Positions 62,958 to 64,000 of a stretch of DNA of 64,000 nt are shown one piece after another (the stretch's first letter is position 1; each line of letters starts with the position of its first letter). Position numbers and translations under genes: made by a program. The notes below the pieces were generated by a model. The model saw only the letters and a list, made by a program, of their open reading frames with translations. It had not been told where the DNA came from and made no database searches. The stretch is from an uncultured Acidobacteriota bacterium (lineage in GTDB: Bacteria > Acidobacteriota > Thermoanaerobaculia > Gp7-AA8), in assembly GCA_963741955.1 (NCBI GenBank), contig CAVUKB010000010.1, positions 416,001 through 480,000 on the forward strand, written 5' to 3'.

Positions 62958-63404
62958 CTATTCTTGGACATCACAATTTGCTGTGATCTGCGGATGGCCG
63001 TTGTCGATTTGGGACGCCGTGGGCGTTGGGCTTTCTCGGTAAGATCCTGGCGTCCTCCCGAGGTGTCGCTCGAAGAGTTGATAGAGTCGGCGTCGGGTGC
63101 GGATCCCGGTGCGGTACGCGATCGTGGCGTTGGAGAGGGCGGTTGTCTCAAGGAGGTGTATTGCCGCATGAATCTGGCGGCAGATGATCCAGCCGGTGGT
63201 GGTGCGGCCCGTGAGTCGCTGGAAGTGTCGGTCGAGGTGTCGCCGGCTCAGTCCGAGTGTTGCGGCGAGTTCTTTCACCGCCGGCGCGTTCTCCCGGGCG
63301 AAGCACGTCCGGAGGTAGGATTCTGCCGTGGACAGGAAGTCATCCGTGGAGGATCGTTGTTGCGGTACGTCTTCCTTACGCGAGTACCCGGGCCCGTCGC
63401 ACAT
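62958..63404 (-). CDS. Short AraC-type HTH regulator (copy 2, intact frame)
   Basis: PAVKELAATLGLSRRHLDRHF...LLETTALSNATIAYRTG...GRTPGSYR. Confidence 0.75.
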   Translation of the reverse strand: MCDGPGYSRKEDVPQQRSSTDDFLSTAESYLRTCFARENAPAVKELAATLGLSRRHLDRHFQRLTGRTTTGWIICRQIHAAIHLLETTALSNATIAYRTGIRTRRRLYQLFERHLGRTPGSYRESPTPTASQIDNGHPQITANCDVQE

Positions 63405-63547
63405 CGAAGAGTCCCCTTCCGTCAGGGGAGTACCGACAGGACCGCATTCCGCTACCCCGGTCCCCTCGTATCGTCACGGTGTCGTAACACCGCGAGCCTG
63501 TCGAAATAGCTGGGGCTTTCGCGGAAGGGGATGCGCTCGATCGGGTC

Positions 63548-63770
63548 TTTCGTGCGTATCTCGGCGGTTGCCTCAGGACACTCAACGCCATTCCTCTCGA
63601 GATCGGCGGGGTCTCGGACTGCCTTCAGCGTCAGCCCCTCGAATGTGGAGGGCGTGCGCCGGTATATCTGCGATCAGGAGGATCATCACCGCCGCCTCAG
63701 TTTTGAAGAGGAATATCGAAAGCTTCTCACCGACGCCGGGATCGAATTCGACGAACGCTATTTTCTTTGA
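63548..63770 (+). pseudogene. Internally deleted tnpA remnant, inverted relative to the intact copy
   Basis: RAYLGGCLRTLNAIPLEIGGVSD is joined out of frame to FSVSPSNVEGVRRYICDQEDHH...FDERYFL*. The HUH motif is missing. Confidence 0.85.
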
Positions 63771-63799
63771 CCTCGTCGCGTCCCGCGCATCATCTGGCA

Positions 63800-63903
63800 C
63801 ACCCCTTAGGGGTGCCAATCGGTCTCGCTCTCCTCGTAAACCGGTGGGAAGGACGGCTGCGCCGTCCTTCCCACCGGCTAATGTCCGTCGCCCCTTCGGG
63901 GCG
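63800..63903 (+). repeat. Fourth REP-like cluster downstream of the tnpA remnant
   Basis: CACCCCTTAGGGGTG, the hairpin CCGGTGGGAAGGACGGC...GCCGTCCTTCCCACCGG, and CGCCCCTTCGGGGCG. Confidence 0.85.
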
Positions 63904-64000
63904 GAACCAGATCAGTTCCCCTTAACCTCCGGAACCTCTTTCAATCCCCGCTCGATCAGGAGCGGTTCCACGACCGCGTCACGGCCGCGGAACGCGCGGT

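Noticed and set aside
55041-63540. Diversity-generating retroelement explaining variable C-termini
   Set aside because: No reverse transcriptase in the window, and the differences are not restricted to adenines.

Overview
GC-rich bacterial chromosome window. Gene content and style suggest Acidobacteriota, possibly Thermoanaerobaculia (inference). From 1 to ~53 kb it is mostly housekeeping and signalling genes: the end of a chemotaxis operon, heptose/LPS genes (hldA, hldC, waaC), pilB-pilT-pilC-pilS, ruvB, nadB, an NYN protein, a UbiA-family prenyltransferase, quinol-dependent NO reductase, class II ribonucleotide reductase (nrdJ), an orphan decaheme cytochrome, a REC-KaiC-hybrid kinase operon, malic enzyme, a STAND regulator, an Omp85-periplasmic protein-HK-sigma54 RR operon, a Phd/VapC toxin-antitoxin pair and monomeric Icd. 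The nrdJ upstream region carries DnaA-like boxes, two NrdR boxes, a near-consensus sigma70 promoter and a long structured leader. Several 7-bp simple-repeat tracts occur in intergenic regions. The last ~11 kb (53.1-63.9 kb) is the most unusual part. A solo IS200-like Y1 (HUH) transposase is flanked by two mutually inverted tandem arrays of 91-92 bp double-hairpin units. It is followed by a tandemly duplicated three-gene passenger module (AraC-like HTH, BNR/Asp-box secreted protein, secreted hypothetical protein), with broken tnpA copies and further repeat clusters at its junctions. One copy carries an ISL3 insertion. A hidden fragment resembling the BNR C-terminus sits upstream of each BNR gene.
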